From NCBI GenBank assembly GCA_965153285.1, contig OZ229114.1: a DNA stretch of 64,000 nt. The stretch is one strand, 5' to 3'. This document shows, piece by piece, positions 23,706 to 37,078 of this stretch. The notes under the pieces are model-generated. The model was given only the letters and a program-made list of their open reading frames with translations, was not told the DNA's origin and searched no databases. The translations under genes were made by a program, and so were the position numbers. This DNA is from Podarcis tiliguerta. Taxonomy: Eukaryota. Positions within the stretch are counted from its first letter, which is position 1. Each line of letters starts with the position of its first letter.

Positions 23706-23824
23706 CTGACAGTGGAATCCGATGATCCAGTGATGATCACCCGCTCATCATACTGGAGGCAAAGGACTGACCCCGTGTGTCCAGTCAGAACCCTCTTGCA
23801 TTCTAGCGTATTCTTGTCCCAAAT
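23706..23824 (-). CDS. BTRC: BTRC coding exon (exon 9), WD40
   Basis: [39 protein letters not shown](R); tag|ATT...CAG|gtagc; 119 nt. Confidence 0.97.
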
Positions 23825-24354
23825 CTAGGAAGGCAAAAAGGGCACACATTTGGGATTTCACCACAAGGTAAACAGACTGTATTGCTAGACTGGCTCTTTT
23901 GTTTTTCTGTAACACAGCATTTTATTTACTAAGGCGAGCAGAACTTCTTCTAAGTGGCACACAGTGCACTTTGTATTCCACAGGCACTTTGGAGCAATAT
24001 AAACTATCCTTAATATCTCTGTTTTTAATATGAACATAGTCTTTACCCTTCTCATTAGGGAACAGGAAGACTTTAATTACTGAAGGACCAATAACGTGGC
24101 TAGCACTGAACAGAATGCAAGAAAATGAAACAGATAATATAGATTTATCCTCCTTGTTTGGAAGAAAGGGAGGAAAACCAATGCAATTCATAGTCAGACT
24201 TGATGGGGGGCACGAGGGGAGGGAAAGGAAGACAAGGATTAACCTCATCCTTCTCAGTTTCTCTTTTGCATTAGTCCTCCTAAATGAAGTTACACCTGCA
24301 TTCTTCTAGGGAAAGGATTTTGTGTTCAATCATTGCCCACTGGGGAGCTCTCAC

Positions 24355-24492
24355 CTTGATGGTATTGTCTCGGAGGCCACTTACTATCTTCTGATCATCA
24401 TATTGTAAACAATAAACCCCTTTGCTTGTTTCACTTCGGCAGTGGATTCGCTGTAAGCTGTGCCTTCCACACCGCCAGTTTGATTCTATTGT
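24355..24492 (-). CDS. BTRC: BTRC coding exon (exon 8), start of the WD40 propeller
   Basis: [46 protein letters not shown]; cag|ACA...AAG|gtgag; 138 nt. Confidence 0.97.
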
Positions 24493-25565
24493 CTGGGGGA
24501 GAGAGAAACAATTATAAAGTGTGGAACAAACATCATGGAGATTTTGCACCAATAAAGCCTGCTGGACTCCTGGGACAACAGAAGCAGCTCTGATGCTGAA
24601 ATCATTTATCATTAGATGGTCCCAGAGCAAGCTAGAAGGAAAAGGAACAAGTCCTTCTCCCTGTCACTTTCCCAATCCCTAGCTTCCATAAAGTTTCAAA
24701 TCCCTCTAAGATGATTCTAGTTATTACAAAGAAAGCAAATGCACCAGATATCTAGAATATAGCTGAAATTAGTGGGCTAATTAGTTCCATTCATTTCAGT
24801 GTGTCTACTCTGAGTAGGGCTAACATTGGATAAAACCCGGGATGTTCATTTCCCCTTGTGTTGACTGTCCATTAGGTAGGTTTTCCCCCTTCCCCCACAC
24901 TGTTGGCTCCACAGGTATCTGTCCCTTCAGTGATCTTCAAGAATGTGGAACTGGCCGCAATTCTATTCTTTTCTTTGGAACAGCTTCTCCAGAATTAAGG
25001 TCAACAGTGGGTACTGTAAAAAATGCAGGTTGCCTTGATTTGGTCTCAGTGACACTTGGAGAAGCTCAAACAGTTGTTTGAGTTGGTAAGACTTACTGTG
25101 ATGAACTTTGTACATCCCTTGATCACAAATGTGACACTGCGAGATGCTTCTTCAATGGAAAGGTTGCCAAATTTAATTCAGTGTAATCATGGAAGTTGAA
25201 CTGAAATGGTATAATACACTGAGATTTAATTGTGGTGAGATGGTATAATCAAAGTGCCTGAACATTCAACTCCCTTCAAAGAAGGGGAGACCAACTATCA
25301 ATGGATCTGGTACATACTGTATGACCCCTAAGTGTCTTAAAGACAGACTACTAAATTGTATTTTTTATAACAGGACTCAGAGGGAAAATGTGTACAAATA
25401 TGTACACACTATCACATTCGGCTTTTCTTTCATTCTACAGTAGATGCCGTAGGAAGCTATAACTGGCTGGCATCTGTGCAGGAAATTTGAATTGTTTCAC
25501 ACACAACAAAGGAGCTCAGATGAGGGTTTCACATACAATTGCATAGTCTTTTTTCTGGCTCTTAC

Positions 25566-25662
25566 CTCTATATCCTGTATAATTTTGGGATAAAGTGCTC
25601 TGTAGAAGGAGTTGGGAGGGGCTATCCCATCGGGTGGCTTGTTCTTAAAAAGATACTGTCCC
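25566..25662 (-). CDS. BTRC: BTRC coding exon (exon 7), F-box/WD linker
   Basis: [32 protein letters not shown]; tag|GGG...GAG|gtaag; 97 nt. The [17 protein letters not shown] form distinguishes BTRC from FBXW11. Confidence 0.97.
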
Positions 25663-27976
25663 CTAAAAGAAAGGAAGAAAGAAAAGCAGCATTGCTCATT
25701 TAGCCATGGCTATTTCATTCAAGGATTTGCGAGAGAGACTTGTAGAGCTTATGTTTGGTAGATGAAAATCGATGACTAGACCAGATTTAAAAGGGATGCT
25801 GTAGGGTCTGCATCATAATACTACTGCCTTTACACATGTGGCAATTCATAAAATAGTAGGCATCTAAATAAATATATGGCCCTTTTGCAAGTAAAGGTGG
25901 ATAGATAAAAGGGTCCTTCAAAGGAGAGTGAGAATAGGAGAGGACCTCAGTATGTTCCCCACGTTCTAACTGCTCCAAAACAAAAAGAAATTAAGCAATT
26001 CATAGTATCAGCAATAGCATTTTACTGCTCCTCTAATCTTCTGAGTAAACTGCATTAGCTTCTTCCTCAACTTAGCCTGGTCATGGAATGCACATTTTTG
26101 CCAGAGAAAGGGAGGGAAACCCAGTGAACGGCAATCACTTCATGCTGTGTAAATTTTTAAAAATTCCTCATCCTAAAGTTAAGGAGCCACCTAACACTGT
26201 GCGGAAGCTAGTAAACCCCACCATGGGCATACTAACAACTCTTCTGCCTGGCAACATTCCTTGTGAAGCAGAAATGGGCACAAATCCTCTGAGTATAATC
26301 CTGGCATGTGAGGCATGGCATTTAGCCTAGGCCAGCTCTCTGCTCCCCCTTTCACTGTTGCATTATTTCCGACAGGTTTTTTCCTATGCATTCCTTCCTT
26401 GCCACAAATCTGAAAATATATGCTGAGAAGTTTCCTTTTGCGTGAGATGCCCTGGGCACGTGCAAGGTAAACCCTGCTTTGGAAGAGTGATTTGAATCAA
26501 CAAAATGACTAATAAAAATACTGAGCAGTGTGATACAAGGGGGGGGGGGAATACATACGATTTCAAACACACATTTCTGGAAAACTTAAGCTCTAACAAA
26601 TCTCCCACGTTTTAAAATATGGCAGGTATAATGCTTTGCCTACAAGAATGTCAAGCTTTGCAAACTTTCCCTAGTTGTATGTGTAGCTCAGCAACACCTT
26701 ATAAGTAAGCAATGGTACCCTCTGCAAACTAGCAGATTTGTGCCCCTAATGAGAAAAAGAACCCCAATACTGTTAGCCGAGAAGGTATCAGAAGCTACTC
26801 ATTCCCCACTTTCTATTTTATGAGTATGCATCATTCATCTCCCTGGAAGAGAACTCTATGCAGGCATCTTGAAGATGCTGGAAGCAGCACATTACTGCCT
26901 AGACATTTTGTCAGTGTGCTGTTTGACATGTTTACTATGACCCACCAAGATCTCCACAATCAGAAGTCAGTTTTGCTCACTACAGATTCTGAAGCGGCAA
27001 AAGTAATGTCTGTGCCTTGCTTGTTGTTAATTCTGCCATGGGAAAGTAATCTGGGTACCTCTAGAAATCAATACTAAATACAGAACTGTATTTTAGGTAT
27101 TTTTTGAAGCGCTGAAAGCATTACACAAACATTTTTTCTGCCCTCATAATCTATTAAACTGTAACATATTTCTAGTGCCAAAGCCCTTAATAGAATTTGC
27201 ACTTGGCAAGTTTCTGGCCTTATTTTTAATTTTTGTTTTAATAGCAGCTAAAATGCCTTAGCTGTCACCTTTGTCTTGTTTATGAAATATTCATACCCAT
27301 TTCCTCACAGACAACATACGAGGGAGGCTCCTTGGATAGAAAATTATGTATTAAGGGGATTACCCAAGAGAGCGAAGCATCTAATGAAATGTTAACAGAG
27401 CAGCTCTAGACTTGGGGAAAGTCTTGCATAATAGAAAAAACTATTCCGTCTGATTAACTAATCTATCTGAATTTCTGCATGCTTGCCCTCAGTGGTTTGT
27501 ACTCTTGGCTTTATGGCTAAAGATAAAACAGGTCTCTAATTGTGAAAATCTGCTGAGGAAAACAAAAGTGACCTAACACATTCATAACATGTAAAATGCA
27601 CCTACTTTAGTTGTACAGCGAGTACATAAACTTCTGAAAGTCTAATGAATTAATATATCAAAGACTGCTCTAAGTAACGGGAGGGAAGGATACTGTATGT
27701 TACACAGACTTACGCTGCTTGTTCACCCACCCAAAAGAAGGGCCATCACTGGTGGACGGTTGAGGTGAAACAGTGACCACCCCAGACTCTGGACTTGGCT
27801 GATGGTCCACATCTGGCACTGGCAGCTACAACTGGCAGCCCTGCTACCTCCCACCCAGCAAGGCTTTGCACCTCTTCCCTTCATACAGCAAGGCAGGGGG
27901 AGAAGAAATGGGGTTGGAGGGCCTTTCCAGCACATCTGATGCTAAACCAGCATCAAAAGGGGGGGGAAAGTAAGCC

Positions 27977-28002
27977 GTGTGTGTGTGTGTGTGTGTGTGT
28001 GT
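27977..28002. repeat. (TG)n microsatellite
   Basis: Read directly. Confidence 0.95.
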
Positions 28003-28154
28003 ATGTAGAGAGAGACTAAAGTCGTTTCAAATCACCTGACAGCAAAGAAAAAAGATTGACTTCTATTATCAGATAGCTCTGCAGTTTGTTTTGACTTTAC
28101 ATTTCAACCTCTGATGAAGGCCCAACTTTGATATATACCGAAAGGCCTTGGGTT

Positions 28155-28390
28155 TATTGACTGATTGAGTGATTATATTTATATCCCATCTTTTCTCTAA
28201 GGATCTGAAGGTGGCATACATAGTTCTGCTGCTCCTCACTTAATCCCCACAACAACCTTGTAAGGTAGGTTAAGGTTAGAGGCAGTGACTGGCCCAAGGT
28301 CACCCAGTGAGCCCGATGGCTAAGTGGGGCTTTGAATGCTTGTCTCCCTGGTCCTATCCTGACACTAATCACTACCCCACAGTGGCTCTA
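28155..28390 (-). mobile_element. MIR/Squam3-like SINE
   Basis: cacaacaaccttgtaaggtaggttaaggttagaggcagtgactggcccaaggtcacccagtgagc...ctaatcactaccccacagtggctct is the antisense of a tRNA-headed CORE SINE. Confidence 0.8.
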
Positions 28391-29105
28391 AAAACTCCAT
28401 ACAGCATCTAGGGATTTTTCTCCTTCATTTTTTGGTAAAGGAAAAACAATTTTGATGGGGGAGAGGAGGGGCTGCCACCACCACCACTGCCATTGCCATG
28501 AAGAATAGGAGGAGCAGCAGAATATATATATGCTGGATATATATATGTATCAGATCTATGAGAGGACTTATCCCCTGTTCCTGTTACTAAGCTTGGCCAG
28601 TCATCTCTGGAGGTAGAACTAAATTACTGGATTCTGCTTCCGGATCAAGGGGAAGTGCCTACCTGCCCCAAGTTAGGAAATAATACATACTCCCAAAAAA
28701 CGGCCGCAGAAAAAAAATGAAGAATGAATGGTAGAATTTAAAAGGCAATCTTCAATTTTCAGATAAAATGAACTGTCATACTGATGACCTAAAGCTGTTT
28801 TCAATTTACTTGTTTTGCTAGGCTAAGTCAGTGCAAGGATTCCTGTTAGCACAATGGGACCTTTCCCATGCCATCCCCAAATCTGTTCTGGAGGGTCTGG
28901 AGAACCCACAGAAGAGCAGGTGATGGGAGGCGATGGAAGATCGTTCCATCAGAGAAGTAGAAATTCTTGCACTGATGGAATGATCTCCTTAGCATTGTGT
29001 TGAATACAGCCCCATACCATTTAAAAACCATACCACTGTGAGTCGTAAATTACCAGCACCGACTCCCTCACTGAACAAGGGAAACTGCATGAAAGATGCT
29101 CTCAC

Positions 29106-29292
29106 CATCCTCTCCGCTCTGCCAAACCCCTCCACAGCGAGTCTGTCCGGACCATTCTCTCAATCAGCTTCTTCCACAGCATGCCGTCAGATGTCACTCG
29201 GTACCATTCCTTGCACACCAGCTCAACAGCACACAAAGACTTGGCATCCAGGTACGACAGGATATTCTCAGCGATGTGATCCAGGCCGCGAG
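29106..29292 (-). CDS. BTRC: BTRC coding exon (exon 6), F-box
   Basis: (A)[61 protein letters not shown](W); cag|CTC...ATG|gtgag; 187 nt; phase matches both neighbours. Not in the ORF track. Confidence 0.97.
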
Positions 29293-29756
29293 CTGGAAGG
29301 GAAAAAGTATAGGCAATTAATCAGCACTGGAGAGTTCACGAGAGATCTCTGCTCAGACATTTTCATCCCCACTGTTGCTCATTCCCTTCCCTGTAATGCA
29401 GAGCTGGGATGACTGGGCAGAAAATAGTCTCCTGTGAAGTTCTGAAACCAGCAGCTTCTTATGGATAAGAAACAGCAAAGCATTAAAGATAAAAGTGGAA
29501 AGTGTTAGAGATGATCAAGAATCCTGGAAGTCATTTCCAATCTATTTCTATGAGTTTTAGCACTAGGGGGATGTTCAATGGAAGGCTTTTCTCACTTGAT
29601 GATGCACCCCCCCCCAATCTTGCTATATTAGGACCATTTCTCATTTTGCTACTACAGCTGTTCTTGTATTCCACCAGCTCAGAAAGCTACTTTTTGATGC
29701 AAAGAAGAAAGGAATAAAAGGTCCAATTATCACTTACGAAAAAGGGTGGTGGTGGT

Positions 29757-29849
29757 GAAGCTTTTAATGTTTGACGGATTACTGTATTTTAATATTTTGT
29801 TGGAAGCCACCCAGAGTGGCTGGGGAAATAAATAGTAGTAGTAGTAGTA

Positions 29850-29881
<32 letters not shown>

Positions 29882-29893
29882 TACTACTACTAC
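29757..29893 (+). mobile_element. 5'-truncated L2-type LINE end with a (TAG)n(TAA)n tail
   Basis: ttttaatgttt...gttggaagccacccagagtggctgggga matches the 3' end of the copy at 57930-58260. Confidence 0.75.
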
Positions 29894-29914
29894 AGGACTA
29901 GAAAGTTTTAGGAA

Positions 29915-30078
29915 CACTGGGAGTTGCCATATACATAATTGGGTCCATCTAATTCAGTACTGTCTACAACTCACAGTGGAGGGGAGAGAAGAATCTTACC
30001 TGGGAGATACCAGAAACTGAACTTAGCACCTTTTGTATGCAACCCATGTGCTCTATCACTGAGCTACAATCCTTCTGC
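29915..30078 (-). mobile_element. Degenerate tRNA-derived CR1-tailed SINE (Squam2-like)
   Basis: ggtccatctaattcagtactgtctac...ggagataccagaaactgaac...tgctctatcactgagctac. Confidence 0.65.
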
Positions 30079-31818
30079 CATGTGTTGGAAAGTATTGGAT
30101 TCTTAAGGCTTATATTATAACTGAACCAAGAACTCAGAAGTGCTCCCACATTACAAATGCTTTTCATATATGCTAGTTCATATCATAGAGCTAGCACAGA
30201 GAAGACCTAAAAAATACATGCACATAGACCAAAGTGCTCTTGTGGGAGAGACTCTGGCTCTCAAACTGGAGAGATGCTTCTGTCTAAAGTCATGAAGGAT
30301 CATCAATGGGAATTGTGGGTAAACCATGATTTCTTGTGGCATCTAGTGAATACGAGCTACTGGGTTTTTTGAGTGGGTAGATTAATGTTCAATTTGCAAG
30401 GCTACTTTAGTTGCTTGATCAAATCCGCCCCATCCCCAGTTTCACTTGGGAAAGAGTCAAGCATGCCAGATTAGCATAGCAGGCAACTTTTCTCTCCAAA
30501 TAAAAAGCTACCAAACATCCAGAGAGAGATCAAATGCTTCATTTCCTGCTCTTGTTACAGCTGCCCCAAAGACTGAGCTTCATTTGTCAACAACAGAGGC
30601 TGAGCGTAGGAAGCCATGAATGCATTTTGGGATGGCTGGGGTCACATGTCTTACATTTAAGCGGACGATGTAGAGTGAGATGCCTATCAGATGATTCTGA
30701 TCAGGATTTACAGAGGACACGCTGTACCAAGACTTTGCTGCTGACAAGCAGAAGACCTCATAATGAGCTTCTCATGTATCAAAGTAGTTTTTCTCCCTCC
30801 ATATTCTCAGGACAAATTCATGAAAAGTAATTTTATAAAGAAATGTGATTTCTAAGAGACAACTCTTTCAACCCCAACACTCCTAGATGCGGAGGCAGAG
30901 TTTTCCTAAAATGAAAAATAAACCAAGCAGCATAATTCCACTTGACAGACAAGACAAACTTCAGCAAGTAAAAGAAATACTCAACAGACCAAACAATTTT
31001 TTTGCTGTTACCACCTTTTCCAAAGGAGTGGGGTGCTGTCCCTTATTTCTGCTACATCTCGAATGCAGCACAATGTTAGGAGAGAATCTGCTCCTTTTTT
31101 CAGCTCTGAGTTTGGAGCTGGGGTGGGGCAGCAAGTAAGCTCCTGCTTGCCCACAGCTCATTGTTACGACAGAAGGTTGATTTCCAGTGTGTTCCTTGGG
31201 CGCTAAAAGCTCAGGCACAGAGACAAGCTGATGGGCCTCCACTTTCCCGCTTCATCTACAGCTGAAGGCAGAGGCATCCTGATTTGATCTGCCTCTGTGT
31301 CCAACAGTGGCTCCAAGTTTGTAACACCCCTTGGGCGCAGAGATAAGCCCATAAGCTTCTGCCTCCAATATCCACCTCCAACCTGAAAATGGGAGGTGAA
31401 GGCACATCAGTTTGCTTCTCCATGTTAGTCCCAAGTTTGGGCTCACCACGGCCCAGTGTTCCATTTGCCACAGTGAGGCAGTGCTAGATACAGATTATTT
31501 CTCCAACGCCAAAAGCTATTGAAGAATATACTTAAATATAAACTGTGATGTTAAGGCTTTAGATTTTCATCATTCACTATGTTAAAGCTAAATAAATTGG
31601 GCAAAATTCCAGGCAAAGAATTCTTCCATTGACAAGAAGAAATGTCAAAACTTTACCTATGAGCATATGTGGCAGGTACAGTGTAACTGATAGAACATGA
31701 CAACCACCACCTTCTATAGAGCATCTTTTTTTTACACCACAATTTAGGGTGGGAGGAATCCCTTCTAGATGGCAAGGAGGACTTCTGTTTTACTTCCCTC
31801 ACCCAGGAGCTTCTAGGC

Positions 31819-31987
31819 CAGGGGTTGTCAACCTGGTCCCTACTGCCCACTAGTGGGCATTTCAGGATTCTAGGTGGGCGGTAGGGGGTTCTACGGCACA
31901 AGCTGAATCCTTCTTCCATCGAGCACTGGTCATCAAGTGAAAGATGCATTAGTGAGCAGTGGGTATAAAAAAGGTTGACTACCCCTG
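31819..31987. mobile_element. Short hAT (Charlie-like) MITE
   Basis: 16-bp TIRs CAGGGGT(T/A)GTCAACCT (15/16) and 8-bp TSD ttctaggc / ttctagac (7/8). Confidence 0.88.
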
Positions 31988-32355
31988 TTCTAGACTGAAC
32001 TGAACATGTTGCATAGGAAATAATATGCTGTACAGAAATTACACGAACTTGATGACCCCCTTCCCAAGACCCTGCTAATTTCTATGATCATAAAGTCCAA
32101 ATCCTGTTAACTGTTATGTGCCCCCAGTAAATTAAAGGCAACTAACCAAACATCACAAGTGCACCTAGGGGGGGAAAACCATGACAGCATACATTTTATG
32201 ATAGGTGACATATCCTCAAATGGCAACTCCTTTCTAGGACTCCAGGGACAGAACACCCTGCTACTGAAGAAGGCCGTTCGAGAGAAGTCAAGGTCTTTTT
32301 ACACATTTTTGAAGCCTGCAAAGTCTGTGTGTTTGCCAATAGCTTTTCAGACTAC

Positions 32356-32587
32356 CTGGTAGTGCCGTGATGAAGTCTCTCTGTAACATAGGTTTGAGGT
32401 ATGAGTTGATGTGCCCGTGCTGATAATGACACATCTGGGAGATGAGATGTTCCACAAATTCCACTTGGTCGGACTCTGACCACTGCTCAAAATACTTGAT
32501 ACAGAGCTCCTTCTCCTTCTCATAGCTTGCAGATAGCTTCCTTTGCTTTGGCACAATCATGCTTGAAGTGCCATTGGCAAGTTTTGT
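32356..32587 (-). CDS. BTRC: BTRC coding exon (human-equivalent exon 5), D/dimerisation domain
   Basis: Translates [77 protein letters not shown]; acceptor tag|ACA, donor CAG|gtagt; 232 nt. The [17 protein letters not shown] segment is BTRC-type rather than FBXW11-type. Confidence 0.97.
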
Positions 32588-35019
32588 CTATGGAAGAAAA
32601 GAAGAAAATGTACAACACTGAATTTTTCAGGGCACAGAATTTGACATCCTTAGAAGACAATACATTACACATAAACCTACCCATGTGATGGAACAAACAA
32701 ATCCATCCAGCTCCTAATTACATGTTATACAGTCTAAACTTCTGCAAGTGTCCAGCCACTTTAGTGCACTAATACATGCCTGTCTGATGCTTCACATCTA
32801 AAACCTTTTTAAAAAGTCCATTCTGGACTGCTACTAAAATTGTAAAAAAACATATAAGATACAAAAGAGGGGAGGAAATTCCCCAATGCTGCTGTTCAGC
32901 ATCATGTAGAGTATGAAACAAATATGTCGTATTCAAAAACTATGAACATACAGTAGTGAAACTTTAAAAATAACATTTTATAAAACTATGTGTTTTGACC
33001 TTCTGGTTTTATAGTGTTAGATACTCACCATGAAACCGGCTCCTCAAAGACAAATTTCAGGGACGGATAAAAAGTATGAACCTCTTCTATGATAGTTTTA
33101 AGGAGGAGGGCCAATTCAAATGTTTTGTTAACAAATTTAACTAGATTGAAGTAACAGTATCTTGCTGCTATGGAGGACATCCTATGACGTTCCATGTTGT
33201 TCCAACACTACCAAACTGGTCCTTTAGCATATGTTGTCTCAGACATTTCCTTCCAATAGACTGAAACACATCTAGGGAGGACAAGTGTGCATGTCTTGAA
33301 GACTTCCAAGAAGTTCAGGCCATCAGAAGTTTAGATAGTGCACATTTGTTATTAGACATATTTGTAATAGTCCATTAAAGAATAGTGCATGACTTGTTAC
33401 AGACTGTTATGCATGGTGATAAAAAGAAATAACCCAATAGTCCAATCTTGATCTTGTAAAGGCACTGCACTGAAGAGTAAACTCATAGGACCAAACAGTT
33501 CCCTGTGCAACTGCTGGGCTCTAATCTGAATTGCAGCATTTGATCAGGCGAACCAAGTTATTGGTTTTACATGGCTGAGTGTGGAAAGAATATAGATGGA
33601 CACAAAGCTCAGTGTCCTTTATACATAAAGACTTGCACCCTGAGAACTAGAAGCCTCACCCTTATGCCCAAATGTCAGTCTTCTGGAAATACTTCTTGTT
33701 TTTCTAATATACGGTACCATATGAAAATAAAGGATGTGTGTTGTTGTTTTTGTGTGGTTTTTTTTGCAGATTGAGGGTTAGAATGAAAACAGATCTTACA
33801 TATTTTTTCATATACCACTAGGATCCGTATGCTACACAGACAGATTCTACGCCATGCAGAACAATCATACCTATGATTGATTGCTAATGCTCCTTCAGCA
33901 ATTGACCGACAAGCAAAATATTTGGTTGGCAAACCAAGAAACATCATAAACAAAATTGGATTCTCGCTCTCTATTGAGGCCTCAACAGTCTTTATGGAAA
34001 TGATAAAACATAGCTCCTTGGTGCAGAAGTGCTGGGTTTCTCCATGCACAAATGTTGTTGGCGATAGCCTAGCATTAAAGCATGAAGGTTGGACTCTATT
34101 GAACACTGGCCTGGAGGGATTCTGTGGCTGTTTTCACAGCAGTTCAGTTGTTTGCAGAACGAGAAAACCAATGAAACGCTGGATTAAGATTTAGATAGTT
34201 GATAAATGGTGTATTTTATAAGCCTGACCTCATTTCATTTCCCATTTCATTTGCTGCACAGCCAATCTTACAGCAGGCTGTCTTCATCCAGCATGTTTTT
34301 AAAATCATTACCTTCTGCCTTTTTGCCTACTCCCTTCTCAGAAAAAACATTGTCTTTGAATTTTGAACACAAGTGAGCCAAATCACCAATCTGCATAAGA
34401 AGCAATGTTACAAGTCAGGATGCAAGGGTGACCTCTGAGAACCAGTCTATACCATCAAACATCCTGAGATGATAACCCCCAAATTCCCCGTATTTCTAAA
34501 CTGTTTCCATGCTGAAGTGCTCAACGAAATACTAATGTGCTGGGTTTCTACAACGCTGGCAACTATTTTACATAGATTTAAAATATATAGTTATAAAAAT
34601 AGAGATAGCTCAAATGAAGTTATCTCAACATCTTTCATTATTGGCCATGGTGGCTGGGGATGATGGGATTTGTAATTCAACAACATCTAATGGATACCAC
34701 GTTGGTTACCCCAGCCTTAAATTACTGGAAATCATAGGAATCCAGCATGTTTCAGATGATATATTTCCTTCCCATGTGTACAAGGTGGGCTAAATATGAA
34801 GACAATTTTGTTTCATCAAAACCATCTGTGGATTTCTTGTGCATTCCAGCTGAATGCACTGATCTATTTTTAACCAAATAGAGAAAGGGAGTGGCTTTGA
34901 CTGCCTTGAAGGTGGTGGTTGGAGACACCGTATATAATTTGTTAGCATATCAACTAGTTGCTGTTCTTCCCTCTTTAGATGATATATCTTAACAGATGGT
35001 AGCAAATTCCTGGATTATC

Positions 35020-35160
35020 TAACCCCATTTTGGATTTGGATCTTGACCCAGTTTGGGAACTGAAACTGCCTTCTTCACCTGGTTTGACTACCACAGGCAG
35101 AAGACAGGGGAGTGTGACCCTTTTGATTCTCCTGGACCTCTCAGTGGCTTTCAAATACTA
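35020..35160 (+). mobile_element. L2-type reverse transcriptase remnant
   Basis: cttttgattctcctggacctctcagtggctttc translates as LLILLDLSVAF, matching the LLDLSAAFD RT motif; the surrounding frame is broken. Confidence 0.65.
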
Positions 35161-35909
35161 TTTATTTAAGCAGTTACTCTGAATTGTTTGTCCTGTCCTA
35201 GCATGTCTCAGTGATCCCAGGAAGGCCAGGTCAAAGCAGTGGCACTTACTGGAAAGGTCAGCTCTTCATGTCTAGAACAGCGGAGTCACAACTGGTGGGG
35301 CAAGCCTAGTTTGAGAGAGCACTATCAAGACGGCTATGCATGAGCACAACAGGCAAGACAGAACACCATCTGCCAGGACCCTGGACAAATCAGAGTGGCA
35401 GGATGTGGCTGGAACTCACCCAAGGAGTGCTGTTTGTCTCAGCAACAACCTGAGGTCTCCTGGTGGGACTGAACCTGTCTTTAACCCTGCTCTCCCCGAG
35501 GCGATTTCTTTTTCTAAAGGAACCACTGCCTAGTTCTGTGACTGCTGGCTCCTACTGGGCAGTGAGAGCTGCAATGGAGCTGTGCTCTCTGATGTCTGGA
35601 AGGTCCTGAAGCAAAGGACACCAGCTCTTTGAGTGACGTCTCCTCCCCTCAAGTTTTTGTCTGAGCCAGAAGGAGACTTGTTTGAGTTTGGCTCATAGGC
35701 TGCTGGAATGGTTTTGCATTTCTGTTGAGTTGTCTGAACTGTTTTTAGGATTTATACAATGTTTAAGCACCTTACAATTTTGGTTGGTTGGGATAGGTGA
35801 GAAATTCACAAGCCACTTTTACTCATCCCTACCTCTTTTGCAGTGGTGCGCTCCTTCCAGAAGGCAACACTTTCTTTCCCCCAGGATAAGCAAGTAAGCA
35901 AACAGCAGC

Positions 35910-36030
35910 TTAGGAACACAAGCAGCTGCTTTAATACTGAGTCAGGCCATTCATGCATCTAGATCAATACTGCCTACACTGACTCCAGCAGCTGTCCAGG
36001 TTGTTTTACCACTGAGTTATGGCCCTTCTC
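35910..36030 (-). mobile_element. Internally deleted Squam2-like SINE
   Basis: tactgagtcaggccatt...atctagatcaatactgcctacactgac joined to taccactgagttatggcccttc. Confidence 0.6.
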
Positions 36031-36968
36031 CACAGTCCCACAGGAAATAGCAGTGCTGTTACTTCCAACATGCAGTTCCACAGAACTTGTGAATAAGCCA
36101 AAACAGTCGGTACAGGTTCACTAGTGAAAAAACATGATATGCCTTGCATGTGTAAGGATTATCACAGAGTGGCAATACTTGAGCCTTGTTAACAAAATTC
36201 TTTTGAGTATATATTTCCTTCACCCATAGACCCCCCATTTTCTGTCCCAGCGCTTCTCTTGCTCCTCCTTCCTTACTCCAATGTGCAGTTTCCTTCTATG
36301 ACTTCAAATCAAACTCACCAATTGAATTGTAGCATACTTTGCTGCACAGTACTGAGAATGAGATGATGGAAGGAAATAATTATTATATGGGAGGGAATGT
36401 ATGTGTGAGTATGCATGCCGGAGGGAGGCAGTCTGAAACTGAAAATATCCCATTTGGTTCCAGGCTGTTCAGTTTGTGGCTTTGGGCAAGTCATTTCAAC
36501 CCTCTCTGACTTAGTTTATGGAAGGTGCTATGTAATTTCTAGGCAGTATAACCCTTTATGACTACAAAAAAAACATCCCTACTCCTATACATATAAACTT
36601 CATTGCATGTCCTTTAATCTCCACAAAGCTGTAAAAGCACAGCTCCCCTCCCCCCCCCCGTTCTAAAGCATTCAATTAAAATATTTTGAAGCATCTGTCG
36701 AAGTCTAGTAAAACAACAAAAACCTAGAATCAAGTAGTGATTTCTTAGAAACCCACTGATGACTAGCAATCTCAAAATCCTGACAAAACTATTCCGTATT
36801 CCACTAGGAGAAAATAACTCCTGCAATATTGGGTATACCGAACACCTGCATCCTCACTAAAGAAAGAAGAGGGAAGCTTGATTGTCAGGTCCAAACTATA
36901 TGTGATACTGGCAAATTCATGATTGTAAAAGCAGGTCTGCCCATTCACATGGAAAATGAGATGATGTT

Positions 36969-37078
36969 CCTGTTTAGGGAATTTTTTAATGTTTGATATT
37001 TTATCGTGTTTTTAATATTCTGTTGGGAGCCACCCAGAGTGACTTGGGTGGGGTATAAATAAATAAATCATCATCATC
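36969..37078 (+). mobile_element. 5'-truncated L2-type LINE end
   Basis: cctgtttagggaattttttaatgttt...gagccacccagagtg...gggtataaataaataa; same family as 57930-58260. Confidence 0.75.

Noticed and set aside
28939-28985. 14-bp inverted repeat near the exon 6 donor (pre-miRNA-like)
   Set aside because: The stem is too short, and it lies in what looks like an old repeat fragment.
29833-29893. Inverted (GTA)n...(TAC)n arrangement able to form a hairpin
   Set aside because: Explained by microsatellite drift in a LINE tail.
13735-32587. Assignment to the paralogue FBXW11
   Set aside because: The diagnostic segments ([17 protein letters not shown], KNKPPDGxAPP, [27 protein letters not shown]) are BTRC-type.
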